Positions 38,106 to 48,654 of a stretch of DNA of 64,000 nt are shown one piece after another. Each line of letters starts with the position of its first letter. Position 1 is the first letter of the stretch. Position numbers and translations under genes: made by a program. This DNA is from a virus, in the IMG/VR virus record IMGVR_UViG_3300042691_013609, positions 32,001 through 96,000 of that record; one strand, given 5' to 3'. Below the pieces are notes generated by a model, which saw only the letters and a list, made by a program, of their open reading frames with translations, was not told where the DNA came from and searched no databases.

Positions 38106-38610
38106 TTTTTAAATCTTTTGAGTTTCTAAAAACAATTGAATATCTTTTTTGGGATGCCGTTAAAGAGTGCTCCCAGTCGTACCTTAATTCGTCACTGAAT
38201 TTGCATAAAGAATATCTTGGTAAATAAAAGACTTTTGTAATTAATTTATCACCTTCTCTTTTTCTGAATTTTATTTCAGCCGGACTTAATAAACTAATTA
38301 TAATTATTTCTTTTAAATCTAACGGATGATCTACGTGCCAATTTATTGTTTGATTAGGATAGTATTCATTTATTGTTATTGAGTCATAAACAAATGTATC
38401 TTTGAACCTATCGAATATATCTGGAATTGTACTTGAAATAATATTATCATTATACGGTCTGTTATGCCCATACCTGAGTATTTGATTTCTTCCTTTTCCA
38501 TTTGCTAATCTATTTGGAATTAGTTTTAGTACTTCATTCTCAAAGTACTCATCTACATAATCCTCGATTACTTCAATCGTTTTAATTTCCTGTTGAGCCA
38601 AATCCTCCAT
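38095..38610 (-). CDS. AlkB-like 2OG-Fe(II) dioxygenase
   Basis: INEY..I.WHVD (HxD), ISL, WEH, RYSIVFR. Confidence 0.85.
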   Translation of the reverse strand: MEDLAQQEIKTIEVIEDYVDEYFENEVLKLIPNRLANGKGRNQILRYGHNRPYNDNIISSTIPDIFDRFKDTFVYDSITINEYYPNQTINWHVDHPLDLKEIIIISLLSPAEIKFRKREGDKLITKVFYLPRYSLCKFSDELRYDWEHSLTASQKRYSIVFRNSKDLKNDL

Positions 38611-39010
38611 CTCCTCTTTGTGTTTCAGTTAATTCATCTGCTTCTTCAAATTCAATTTTAGGGTAAGGTATAATAATCATTTGACCAACCTTATCACCAA
38701 CATTGTAAGAATTAGTTCCACTAATATATTTAAACCTAAACTTTATTTCTCCACGGTAACCACTATCAATTACACCAACAGAGTTGGTAAGAAGCATACC
38801 TGTTTTTGAAATAGAACTTCTTGGGAAGATTAAGCCTACATATCCTTCTGGTATTTCTACACAGATTCCTGTTCCGTATTCAAAATATCCGTATTTATTA
38901 TGGTCTTCTACTGTAATCCATGTTGCAACTAAATCTAAACCAGCGTCACCTGAATTTGCATAAGATGGTATTACGGCTTCAGGGACTAATTTTTTAATTT
39001 TTACTTTCAT
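38582..39010 (-). CDS. dut: Trimeric dUTPase
   Basis: AGLDL, PRSS, GVIDSGYRGEI, RGDGGFGSTG. Confidence 0.97.
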   Translation of the reverse strand: MKVKIKKLVPEAVIPSYANSGDAGLDLVATWITVEDHNKYGYFEYGTGICVEIPEGYVGLIFPRSSISKTGMLLTNSVGVIDSGYRGEIKFRFKYISGTNSYNVGDKVGQMIIIPYPKIEFEEADELTETQRGDGGFGSTGN

Positions 39011-39126
39011 TTCTAAATTTTAAATTTTAAAAATACCTGCACTTATCGTTGATTAAACTCAGAACACTAAATATAACGTCTCAAGGTAATAGTGCGGCAG
39101 GGTTACGACTTGTACAATCCTTCTAA

Positions 39127-40776
39127 TTAAGCTTCACAACTTACGCAGTCGTTGATGTTTCTGGCAAATGCCTGGGCAGAGTTCTCTGAAAATTGATAAT
39201 ACAGACTCTTTATCCCTAGTTCCCACGCCTCGATGTAAAGCTTGTTAATATCCTTGACAGGTGTGCTTGGGTGTACAGCTAAGTTAAAACTAATACCTTG
39301 ATCGATATACTTTTGCCTAGCTGAGTTTTGTCTTACAAGCTCCATTTGGCTTACTTCGACAAAAGTCTTAAAGACAAATTTCTCCTTGTCACTCAGAAAC
39401 TCAAGATGCTGAACAGATCCATCTTTAGATAGAATGCTATCCCACACATCTTTAGTATTCATCCCTTTAGACTCCAGGAGTTTTACCAACTCTGGATTCT
39501 TATACACTGTTTTGGACTTAGCCAAATCTTTTATAAAGTAGTTTGATTTAATAGGCTCTATGCCCATAGAAACTTGACCTAATATAAAAGATGACGATTT
39601 TGTTGGAGCTATAGCTAATGTTGTTACATTCCTTCTGCTGCTTCCTTGCAGCAGTTTGGGTACTCCATAAATACCAGCTAATTCTTCAGTTGCCTTATCG
39701 GCACAAGATCTGATATTCTTGAACATCTGCACATTGATTAACTTAGCGTCCATTGATTCAATAGGAATCATATTCTTTTGCAAGTAAGAATGCCAACCAA
39801 GAACTCCCAAGCCTAAAGCTCTTTGTTCTTTAGCAAACTTAACTGCCCTTTTCATAAATGGGATTGATCTAGCTTTTCTTATAAACTCAGACATCACTGC
39901 ATCCAAAAAGAATACCATAGTCTCAACTAAATCACTATCCTTCCACTCATCGTAATGATAAAGATTTAAAGATGATAAGCAACAAACAAATGACTCCTCA
40001 GAATTTGAATTTAAGAAAATTTCGGTGCAAAGATTTGACGCTACTATTTTCTTTCCGTTTTCTTTATACTCCTTTGGAGCGTTATTGTTTGCATTATCTA
40101 TAAAAATAACATAAGGGAATCCTATGTCTGATCTGCTGGATATTACTTTAGCCCATATTCTTCTTTTATCCTTGTCACCATCAATCATGCTTTTCATAAA
40201 GTCATCAGTGACTGTTACCCCATATTGCAGATTTTGAATAGGATGACCCTCATGTTTAATTTGTAAAAACTCTTCTATGTCTTTGTGTTCAATAGGAAGA
40301 TATACGGCACAAGCACCTCTTCTAGTATCAGCTTGTTTTGCCACATCAACCATTGTGTCAGTCAGTTTAGCAAAGTTAACAGGCCCATCTGAAAGACCTC
40401 CGCTTGTTATAACCGAACCCCTTGGTCTCAGATCCCCAAGATAAAGAGATGTTCCGCCTCCTTGCTTAGACATCATACCTACCTCTGAGTTTGAATACAG
40501 GATACCTTCCATCGTATCTTCGCTATAAGAACCATAGCAACTAATAGGTAAAGCTCTCAGCCCGAAATTAGCCCACACAGGAGTGGATAAAGAAATCCAA
40601 CCCCTTGACATATAATCTTCAAACTTATCAGCATACCCTTCTATTCCAAGAATACGCTCTGCCGTATCTGCAATTTCTCTAACTCTCTGCTCTGCTGTAT
40701 TCCCTTCTTGTATATAACCTCTTGATAGAAACTCCCGGCTTTCATCATTAAGCCAATAATATTTAGAATAAGTCAT
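39127..40776 (-). CDS. nrdA: Ribonucleotide reductase class I alpha subunit
   Basis: PISC, GGG, SNLCTEI, CCLSS, AIAPT.SSS, SLYY, C-terminal CVSCEA; start set to ATG 40776. Confidence 0.95.
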   Translation of the reverse strand: MTYSKYYWLNDESREFLSRGYIQEGNTAEQRVREIADTAERILGIEGYADKFEDYMSRGWISLSTPVWANFGLRALPISCYGSYSEDTMEGILYSNSEVGMMSKQGGGTSLYLGDLRPRGSVITSGGLSDGPVNFAKLTDTMVDVAKQADTRRGACAVYLPIEHKDIEEFLQIKHEGHPIQNLQYGVTVTDDFMKSMIDGDKDKRRIWAKVISSRSDIGFPYVIFIDNANNNAPKEYKENGKKIVASNLCTEIFLNSNSEESFVCCLSSLNLYHYDEWKDSDLVETMVFFLDAVMSEFIRKARSIPFMKRAVKFAKEQRALGLGVLGWHSYLQKNMIPIESMDAKLINVQMFKNIRSCADKATEELAGIYGVPKLLQGSSRRNVTTLAIAPTKSSSFILGQVSMGIEPIKSNYFIKDLAKSKTVYKNPELVKLLESKGMNTKDVWDSILSKDGSVQHLEFLSDKEKFVFKTFVEVSQMELVRQNSARQKYIDQGISFNLAVHPSTPVKDINKLYIEAWELGIKSLYYQFSENSAQAFARNINDCVSCEA

Positions 40777-41737
40777 CTTCTGTAACTGATTTAGATTTTT
40801 TATTATATGCGTTACTAGTCTTGTTAAAGAAGTCATCCTCTTTAACAGATAAAAGTTGTACTTCAAACCACTCTGTAGATTCAAGTAGCTTTTTATCCAC
40901 TTCAAAAACAGGATCAAATTTTCCGTTTTTTAGAACGACATTAAACCTATTCTTAATGAATTCTTTTACAACTTCTTTTGGGAGAAAATCTAAATCCCCC
41001 TCTTCGTACATCCAGTCAACAATTTCACACTCAGCTTTAAAAGCTTTAAGACACGCACTCTGAATCATTTCTACCATATCTTGGTCGAACCAATCAGGAT
41101 GCTCAGATCTTATTATATTGATTATCTCTGCACCAAATAGGCCATGTACTTGCTCCTCAAGAGAAGTTGCCTCTACAACGTTGCTAATGCCCTTTAAGAG
41201 GTTCTTTTCTTTATTAAAGGCCATGATAATCAAGAACTGAGAAAATAAAGACACATGCTCTATAAACATAGAGAACAACAATATAGTCTTAGTATATACT
41301 CTATCGTCTTTACTTCTTGTGCCATCTAAATACTTTGTGAGATATGCCACTCTACCTTTTATAGCCGGTACTTCTAATATCTCTTCAAATTTGTCGTTAA
41401 GACCAAGAACTTCTAAAAGTTGTGCATACGCTCTTTCATGCCTCACTTCAGATTCAGCAAATGTCATACCAACTACAGCCACTTCTGGCTTAGGCAACCT
41501 TTTATACAGGTCTGCCCAATATGTTTTAACATTTGTCTCAATTTGAGATATGGCCAGCATAGCCCTCTCGATAACAGATCTTTCGGCTTTTGAAAGCCTT
41601 ACTTTAAAGTCTTGGATGTCTTCAGTGAAATTAAATTCACTTACAAGCCAATAAGACTTATTAATTGAGTCTGCATAAGGTATCAACTGTGGATACTCAA
41701 ATGGCTTGAAATTTACACGTTTACTAAATATACTCAT
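40763..41737 (-). CDS. nrdB: Ribonucleotide reductase class I beta subunit
   Basis: E.RH..AY, IEHVSLFSQF, EE..H, DFF..AY. Confidence 0.95.
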   Translation of the reverse strand: MSIFSKRVNFKPFEYPQLIPYADSINKSYWLVSEFNFTEDIQDFKVRLSKAERSVIERAMLAISQIETNVKTYWADLYKRLPKPEVAVVGMTFAESEVRHERAYAQLLEVLGLNDKFEEILEVPAIKGRVAYLTKYLDGTRSKDDRVYTKTILLFSMFIEHVSLFSQFLIIMAFNKEKNLLKGISNVVEATSLEEQVHGLFGAEIINIIRSEHPDWFDQDMVEMIQSACLKAFKAECEIVDWMYEEGDLDFLPKEVVKEFIKNRFNVVLKNGKFDPVFEVDKKLLESTEWFEVQLLSVKEDDFFNKTSNAYNKKSKSVTEDDLF

Positions 41738-42272
41738 TGTTAACTAATTTTAATCCAGATTCTGCTATACAAATAGCATCACAAACATGCTCCATTCTAC
41801 CTTCTACTAGGGAGCCGTCTTTCTTTCTTTCAAACAAGAAATTTGGGTATTTGTTTTCACAATATGCCATTATTTCTTTTTTTGTTGCATTTTTATTTCC
41901 AATAGCATCAAGCTTTACGGCAGATGCAGTGACAGTGACTACTTGACGGCACCTTAAATTTAATGAAGCTATAATACAACAACTAATTCCAACACCAATA
42001 GAAGCATTTGACGACTGAGAACCAGTAGGTAACTCTACAAAACAGACATCTGGATTTATTTCGTCTAATATATCTTTTAAAGATCGCAGTATAGTCGTAG
42101 ATCTATGTATAAGATCTGGTATTACTTTTTCACCTTTCTTTTTTTCTGTGTGTATTAGTTTGTAATTATAAAAATTCATGGAGTTGTCTGGGTATATATC
42201 CCCCCATACAATAGCTGTATTAGACAAAGAGGGATCTACAGAAAGGAAGGTTATGACAGGATCTATAAACAT
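41724..42272 (-). CDS. RuvC-like Holliday junction resolvase
   Basis: SVDPSLSNT, FVELP, G.KNATK, CDAI.IA; start set to ATG 42272. Confidence 0.8.
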   Translation of the reverse strand: MFIDPVITFLSVDPSLSNTAIVWGDIYPDNSMNFYNYKLIHTEKKKGEKVIPDLIHRSTTILRSLKDILDEINPDVCFVELPTGSQSSNASIGVGISCCIIASLNLRCRQVVTVTASAVKLDAIGNKNATKKEIMAYCENKYPNFLFERKKDGSLVEGRMEHVCDAICIAESGLKLVNNEYI

Positions 42273-42280
42273 TACATATA

Positions 42281-42667
42281 TTATTTTGACAGAACAAGTT
42301 TTTTGTTCCCGGAAACTAAATGAATTTCGCAATTAGACATTTTTAAAACCTCCCACTTTTGATTTAATATATAAAGACTACACACACTAGGTAATATAAA
42401 GGTAATAAATTTTTTACCACCCTCTTCTCCAAACAAGAAGTAACCGCCAAATATATAACCTGGGCAAGTACCGTCCACAAAATCAGAACACCCAAATTCT
42501 GGATTATCATTCAAGATAAACGAGTGGTTAGTAAATACGCTTATATGATTTACACCTTCATAGTAGGAACTAACTCTCCACAAGCCAAAAATCTCACACT
42601 TTAATTCTTTTTCAGGAGTATAACATGTAAATAGAAAAAATAAAGGTATTAAAAATAAATATTTCAT
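42281..42667 (-). CDS. Putative lipoprotein
   Basis: MKYLFLIPLFFLFTC, a lipobox-like N-terminus. Confidence 0.55.
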   Translation of the reverse strand: MKYLFLIPLFFLFTCYTPEKELKCEIFGLWRVSSYYEGVNHISVFTNHSFILNDNPEFGCSDFVDGTCPGYIFGGYFLFGEEGGKKFITFILPSVCSLYILNQKWEVLKMSNCEIHLVSGNKKLVLSK

Positions 42668-42680
42668 TTTTTATTATTTG

Positions 42681-42765
42681 TACTCGAAGTGGGAATCGAA
42701 CCCACACTCCCTCAATGGGAACAGGATTTTAAGTCCTGCGTGTCTACCTATTCCACCATTCGAGC
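42681..42765 (-). tRNA. tRNA-Leu (TAA)
   Basis: GCTCGAA/TTCGAGT acceptor, GGTGGAATAGGTAGACAC D-arm, CAGGA-CTTAAAA-TCCTG anticodon arm, long variable arm, GGTTCGATTCC. Confidence 0.95.
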
Positions 42766-42772
42766 TTATTAT

Positions 42773-43321
42773 TTATTCTTTTAGGAATCTATTTTGTGGC
42801 GGGTGCTTTGGCTTAGGTGTATATTTCTTCTTCTTATATGAAGATTTGTTTTTTCTTTTTGTGTTAAATTCATGCAATGTATTATTCATGTCATTATTCA
42901 CAAACTCTTTTAACCTCCTATATATCCTATCAAAATGAAGGGCCGGATTCCACAATTTATCATGTAATAAAGGTCCTTTCTTTTTTATTCTAAGCCTGTC
43001 TTCAGATATTTCAATTAGACCCGCGTATTCAGGTATGTCTTTTAAATCCAACATATCAAAAGGAGTAACATAAAAAAACCTATTAGCGCAATCTACACCT
43101 GCTTTTAAATTTTTATGTTTTTCTTCTTTTTCAAAATCATCAAAGAAGTCAAACTTTTTTGTCTTTATCTCAAACTCCCAGCAATGACCGTTCTCTAAAA
43201 AATGTAACGCATCTATCTCATTATTACCGAAGAAACAAATATTATGAAACAAATACTTATGAGTAGTAAAATAATAATCCCACAACCTGGCTTGCATCCA
43301 TTTTTCTGTATAAGAACTCAT
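42773..43321 (-). CDS. PD-(D/E)XK endonuclease, MmcB-like
   Basis: EIDAL..EFEIK..DF..D..NRFFYVTP..IPEYAGLI. Confidence 0.75.
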   Translation of the reverse strand: MSSYTEKWMQARLWDYYFTTHKYLFHNICFFGNNEIDALHFLENGHCWEFEIKTKKFDFFDDFEKEEKHKNLKAGVDCANRFFYVTPFDMLDLKDIPEYAGLIEISEDRLRIKKKGPLLHDKLWNPALHFDRIYRRLKEFVNNDMNNTLHEFNTKRKNKSSYKKKKYTPKPKHPPQNRFLKE

Positions 43322-43454
43322 ATCTCATTATTTTCCTTTTTCTACAAACTCATACTTTATATGAGGCTTGTTTTTTTCTTCTAGGATGTTTCTAAGTCTG
43401 ATATTTTCTAATATCGTCTCTAATAATGTATTTGTTAAACTCTCATTTTCTCTT

Positions 43455-43796
43455 TTAAGATTCTTTATCTCCTTTTTCTTTTTCATCTATTATCTTTTTT
43501 ATTTTTTGACAACCTTCATAATCTTCATTTTCTAAAAGCTGTTCAAGTAACATATTTAATTCATCAACACTTAAATCTTCAATATCTTTACCACCATCTA
43601 TTCCAAGAGATTTTCCTATTGTTGGCAAAATATATCTTACAAAATAATCACTTGCAATTGCAGAAGGTATATCAACTGTTAACGACACTCCGGCATATCT
43701 AACTTTTATTAAACCATCTTCTTCAAATTTTACATGAAAAGAATCATCAATAATATACCACTTGTCTTTTTTTAAAGTTTTAAAAAAGTCAAACAT
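43455..43796 (-). CDS. Hypothetical protein with C-terminal UVR-like motif
   Basis: LEQLLENEDYEGCQKIKKII. Confidence 0.6.
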   Translation of the reverse strand: MFDFFKTLKKDKWYIIDDSFHVKFEEDGLIKVRYAGVSLTVDIPSAIASDYFVRYILPTIGKSLGIDGGKDIEDLSVDELNMLLEQLLENEDYEGCQKIKKIIDEKEKGDKES

Positions 43797-44543
43797 TTAT
43801 TTAATTTTTATTTTGAACAAATCTAATGAAGATGTTATGTAAAGATCTCTTGTGTATATGTTGTTATCTTTTTTTCTATAGACGGATCTTCTAGAGACCC
43901 TATCTTCAGCAATTGATTTGCTCATGGGTTTTAAATTTTTAGAACAATTTATGTCTATAAGTAGATATTTATTTATATCTCTTTCTTTAGACTCTTTTCT
44001 CCACCTAGTTATTGTGGATTCTGATATATTCATTATCCTAGATATCTCTGCATTGAAAGCCCTTCCAGAAACGGAAGTGTTACCAAAAGTGTCAATTTTC
44101 TTTTCTGTATTAAGCAAAGCCCTAGAGCCCACCCTGAGTTTATCCCAATTGACTTTTATTTTCTTTCCCAAAGAATCTATCTTAATTCTCTTTTTATCTT
44201 TTATAGAACTTTTTACATCAAGTAAATACTTTTCTGTAGTAGCTATTAGCATAGCTTTAAAACTAGATATATCAACTAAGTTCTCTTCTGATAGATTGAA
44301 GTATATATTTTTACAACTGTATTTATTTAAAACTTTTCTATAGTTAACTACTTTCTCTTTAGTTACCCAACCCATTTTTAATAACTTAGGAAGGACATCA
44401 TATTTTTCTGTTTTTGAAAAAGTAAAACCTAAATAAGAACCACCATTTAAAGCAGCATACATCCTAAGTCTATAGAACAAGAACAGTTCTACTACTTTGT
44501 CAGTATTTTGATTATTGAAATGTATGTTGCTTTTAATTATCAT
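43797..44543 (-). CDS. Basic HTH-containing protein, possibly replication-related
   Basis: NAEISRIMNISESTITRW HTH; own TATATTTG promoter at 44548-44555. Confidence 0.55.
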   Translation of the reverse strand: MIIKSNIHFNNQNTDKVVELFLFYRLRMYAALNGGSYLGFTFSKTEKYDVLPKLLKMGWVTKEKVVNYRKVLNKYSCKNIYFNLSEENLVDISSFKAMLIATTEKYLLDVKSSIKDKKRIKIDSLGKKIKVNWDKLRVGSRALLNTEKKIDTFGNTSVSGRAFNAEISRIMNISESTITRWRKESKERDINKYLLIDINCSKNLKPMSKSIAEDRVSRRSVYRKKDNNIYTRDLYITSSLDLFKIKIK

Positions 44544-44620
44544 AATGCAAATATAAGTATATTATAAATACCGTGCTTCATATTAACAATATTTTAACAA
44601 ACTTACAATTCGTTGATTTC

Positions 44621-44661
44621 CAGTTCATTCTAAAATTGAGCAGTATAAATAAACTCAGGGT
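44621..44661. repeat. 41-nt exact repeat, copy 2
   Basis: Identical to 30548-30588. Confidence 0.95.
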
Positions 44662-44662
44662 A

Positions 44663-45523
44663 TTAATTATAGTATAACCCACTAATGTTCTTCCATGCTT
44701 CTTGAAAGCTATCCATAAGTATACTATCATACTTAGCAGGATACATCTTAGCTTTATTAATATCATAATTTAAGTAATGAGTAAAAGAGCAATACCTAGG
44801 TGTGAAGCCGTGCGTTGCCATTAATTTAGCCCCAAACATTACTTGAAGTTTATACTTATCTTCAGAACTATCGTATATGTTATGAAGAGGTTCCTTTAGA
44901 AAAGATGAAGTATTTTTATAAGGTCTTTTTTTATTTGTCTTATAATCATCAACATCAACATATCTAACTCCATCTACAGTTTCAATAAAACACCTGTCTA
45001 TCTGTGTTACAAAAGTTGCATTCTGCGGCATAGTGAAATCCCACACTAGAAGTTCAGGATAATACCCATCTTCCAAATCTATTAAACAATCAAAAGCAGA
45101 CTGATTATCGTATTCCTTTTTTATAGAAATAGTTTGAAACCTATCTTCAGTAAACGGATTAATCTCGTATCCTCTTGAGTATGAAAGATCTTCTTGCTCT
45201 TTATGAAATTTAGACCCAAGTATATTTGAGTAATCCCATTCATAAGATAGCTCATTTTTTAGATGAGTTATATCATCAGTTACAATACCTGATAAATAAT
45301 CAGCCACTTCCTTTTGGTTTAGGTTAAACAACCTATTAAACTCTCCTTTAACCAGAGAATTGTATCTTTCATCACCAAGTAGAAGTTTATAAGCAGATAT
45401 AGTTAGCTGATTCTCTCTGTCAAATCCTTTTGAAAAATTACTTATAAGCTTAGTCCACCCAACCAATTTGGTTCCCGACTCTAAATGTCTATAATCGTGA
45501 GTCTCTTCAGAAAAAATTATCAT
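44663..45523 (-). CDS. PD-(D/E)XK exonuclease
   Basis: F.EETH.Y, G..FH, PE, QID..DDYKT, Y.LQ. Confidence 0.8.
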   Translation of the reverse strand: MIIFSEETHDYRHLESGTKLVGWTKLISNFSKGFDRENQLTISAYKLLLGDERYNSLVKGEFNRLFNLNQKEVADYLSGIVTDDITHLKNELSYEWDYSNILGSKFHKEQEDLSYSRGYEINPFTEDRFQTISIKKEYDNQSAFDCLIDLEDGYYPELLVWDFTMPQNATFVTQIDRCFIETVDGVRYVDVDDYKTNKKRPYKNTSSFLKEPLHNIYDSSEDKYKLQVMFGAKLMATHGFTPRYCSFTHYLNYDINKAKMYPAKYDSILMDSFQEAWKNISGLYYN

Positions 45524-45742
45524 TTTTTGAAACTTTTTTTATGTTATAAATGTTACTATATAGTAACATTTTTAGTATTTACTTAGTTCAAACAATTCAT
45601 AATTAATTGATAATTAATATTTTTTGACAACTACAACAAAAAAATTATAAATTAATTACTTGATTATCAATAAGTTACAATAGTTGTTGTAATTTTTAGA
45701 AACAATTTTTGTAAAAACAGATAAAAAACGATTTTTTATTAT

Positions 45743-45750
45743 TATATTTG
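45743..45750 (+). promoter_or_regulatory. TATATTTG -7 promoter element starting the plus-strand block
   Basis: TAnnTTTG at the end of a divergent AT-rich intergenic region. Confidence 0.7.
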
Positions 45751-45765
45751 CATAAACATTTTACT

Positions 45766-46170
45766 GTGATCAATATAGTAAGGAATGAAATTAGGGATAA
45801 ACAAATTTATCGGTGCACAGATAAAGTGTCTAGCGATAAGGAATACTTCTTAAAAGTAATAAGAATATTCTCTGCTGCTTTTTTAGACGGGGAGTTTCAC
45901 CTTACTGATAGAGAATGTGATTTATTATACGGAATCTATCATTGCATATCTAAAGGAGATAGAGAAATTCTTAAAGTTGATTACATAGAGAAGTATTTTT
46001 CCTCTTTTAAAGATAAAAAAACAGTACAGGTATGGATTAATAGAGTAGAAAAAAAGGGTTGGGTAACGGAGTCTAATGGAAAATATTATATAGAAGGGCA
46101 ATTTGAAAAGCTCGTACAGTTTAACATAACTGGATTTACAATAGATTTGATAAGAGATGAGATTAATTGA
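45766..46170 (+). CDS. Winged-helix-like protein
   Basis: LTDRECDLL..TVQVWINRVEKKGWV; GTG start inferred downstream of the promoter. Confidence 0.55.
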   Translation: MINIVRNEIRDKQIYRCTDKVSSDKEYFLKVIRIFSAAFLDGEFHLTDRECDLLYGIYHCISKGDREILKVDYIEKYFSSFKDKKTVQVWINRVEKKGWVTESNGKYYIEGQFEKLVQFNITGFTIDLIRDEIN

Positions 46171-46399
46171 TGAAATAATAACCCAAAGCGCTTACTTAGA
46201 TTACGATAGCAATAGCCCAATAGAATATGTTGCATTAAGTATGGATGCTTATCTTCAGATATCTAGAGAGATCTTTGAAGAAACTGACAAAGAAGAAATA
46301 GGAGATAATGATATAGAAGATTTTCTCACAATGAAGTTTGTCTTAATGCCTACTTTAATAAGTATAGACTATAGGTTTCTAAAAGAGATAAAATTGTGA
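46157..46399 (+). CDS. Small acidic hypothetical protein
   Basis: ORF overlaps its neighbours. Confidence 0.55.
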   Translation: MRLIDEIITQSAYLDYDSNSPIEYVALSMDAYLQISREIFEETDKEEIGDNDIEDFLTMKFVLMPTLISIDYRFLKEIKL

Positions 46400-46908
46400 A
46401 TGTAAGAAAAAATAGCAATTATCTTAATCAAACAAAAGAGCAGATTAAAGAATCAGCTGAGTTAGTAGATATAACAGTAGAAAGTGCTGAGAAAATAATA
46501 GATGATTTTTTCCTTATTATAAGAGACTTTCTTAATGACGAAAGGATGCCAACTTTTTATGTACCTTATCTTGGTAAATTTAGTCCAACTATAGGCAGTA
46601 TAAGAAGGTCTTTGAGAATAACTTTTAAACTTTACAGATCCGGAGCAATACCAAGACACATCGCTGTATACAGAATAAAAAAGTTTTGGCCAATAAGATG
46701 CAGACTAATAAAAGAAAAAATGGGTAATCCGCAGCACGATAATTGGAAGAATATACCAATGAACTGGCAAAAAGACGGAATATATAAAGAATACACTGAT
46801 GCATTAGAATATTATTCTAAAGGAGGCAAAGAAGAATGGGACAAGCAAAGAGGTGCTTATGATGGAAGGTTAAGAATACCTAAAACAGATAATGAATTTT
46901 GGCAATAA
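46396..46908 (+). CDS. IHF/HU-like protein
   Basis: Helical N-terminus then F.VPYLGKF; position upstream of the terminase module. Confidence 0.55.
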   Translation: MNVRKNSNYLNQTKEQIKESAELVDITVESAEKIIDDFFLIIRDFLNDERMPTFYVPYLGKFSPTIGSIRRSLRITFKLYRSGAIPRHIAVYRIKKFWPIRCRLIKEKMGNPQHDNWKNIPMNWQKDGIYKEYTDALEYYSKGGKEEWDKQRGAYDGRLRIPKTDNEFWQ

Positions 46909-46918
46909 ATAAAAATCA

Positions 46919-48574
46919 ATGGGAGAGTACATTAATAAAGGAAGCGAAAAATTAAAAGGAGTTACATGGGATTATGTACCAAGGACAAAGTTTGCGGGTA
47001 CTGAAATTACTTGGCAAAACAAAAGAGAAGTTATTAAAGAAAAAGCAAGAGAGTATAAAGAAAATAATCCTGAAGCCTCTACAGAAGAATGTGTAGAATG
47101 GGGAAGAAGATTTGCAAGGAAAGAACAAAAACACTTTAAATCTTACTTAAAAGGAAAAAATTCTTATTCGTATAAAGGTGGAAAATTCCTAGTAGAAGAT
47201 CAAAGCAGATTAGAACATTTTATTAAAATGGCTCAAATGTTTGAACAACAAAACGAGGAATATCAAAAAAGTTTATTAGAGAATAATCAAGAAGAGGAAT
47301 AAAATGGGTAAATTAGGGAAAGATTTTATATCGGAACAAGAAGTAAATTTTGCTATATCTGATTCGATTGAAACAAAAGGAATAGATGTAGAAGAATTTT
47401 ATAAACAACTAGAAGAGTTTTATAAAGACGGATATTACAAGCAAAGATTTAAAAAATGTTCTTTATCAAATAAAATAGGAATAGAGATTTTTAAATTTCA
47501 GCCAAATAGAAGTTTAAAATCAAAACTCCTTACAGTAGATTTAACAGGATCTCTTATGTCTGTTGACAATGTTTTTGAATCAACACATATAGCAAAAGTA
47601 ATTAAACTCCCAAAAGATAGCAGTAACTATGATTATTCAGAGGGTGATTTAGTTATTATGAGTTATTCAGATACTGTAGGACAAGATATTAATCCAGACT
47701 ACGCATTCTTATTGCAATTTTCTCAGAGCAATATGGAGCCAAAGATGCCTAAGTCTGTTCCTCCTTTTACACATAGGTATGTAGCAAAACTTTTTGACAA
47801 TGTGTTTTTACCTCCACATGAGTTTAACACAAAATCTGAAGATGTCAGCACGTTTGCTGTAGAGCCTTACAAAATAATCGGTAAATATGAAATATAAATT
47901 TAATGATATTATCAATCCAGTTAAATGGTGGGCTTTTTGCAAGTTTTTATTTAACAGCGTTTTTGGGGAAAGAGTTACACCAGAAGATAAACAATGGCAA
48001 TCTGAGGTTATTGTCTTCAGAGGAATAATGTGCCCAAAATGTAAAGAAGCAGGAGCATGCATTGACTGTGGTTGTAACTGGGCTGGAAAAAGCGCTGACA
48101 TGTCTTTAGAATGTAGCATGGGAAACTGGAAAGCAGTTAAAGATAAAGAAGATTGGGAAGATCAAAAGAATAAATATTTGAATGGATTAAAAATAGGTTT
48201 AGTTAAAAATGAGTAATGTAGTATTTGATAATATGGAATTTAACTTAGGTGATGTCCATTATAAGAGTGTAATAAACCTTGAAGCCGATTGCTTAGAAAA
48301 TGCAGATAGAGTGCATTATATTAATGGAGGCTGTTGGTGCACAAAACCTTCTTTTGACGGAAAGAAGCTAAAAATAGAATTTAATGTAGAGGCGGCAGTC
48401 GGGAATCTCCAAAAAGGAGAATATAAATCTGTCCCAAAATATGTTGATATTTATTTGGATAAAGAAGTGAACCACTACGTACCTGACCCTCATACTATGA
48501 AAATGATAAATAACCCTGATAAAGTTGTAATTAAGATTCCTATTAATTTCAGGGCACACGGAGATTTGGGGTAA
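46919..48574 (+). other. Four CDSs: 46919-47302, 47304-47897 (possibly GroES-like), 47887-48216 (CxxC/CxxCGC zinc-binding), 48209-48574 (DUF1573-like, GCWCT)
   Basis: ORF track and motif patterns. Confidence 0.55.
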
Positions 48575-48654
48575 TTCTCTCCACTTAGTTTTTGGTTATT
48601 TTGTCTCACCTCGATGAAGGGCGGTATCCTCTGCCGTCCTCATCTTTTTTTATT

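Noticed and set aside
39095-39115. Twister ribozyme or 16S rRNA-like AAGTCGTAAC match
   Set aside because: The twister-like segments are in the wrong order, and the rRNA match is only about 10 nt.
42678-42938. Plus-strand 86-aa ORF
   Set aside because: It is the antisense shadow of tRNA-Leu and the nuclease gene.
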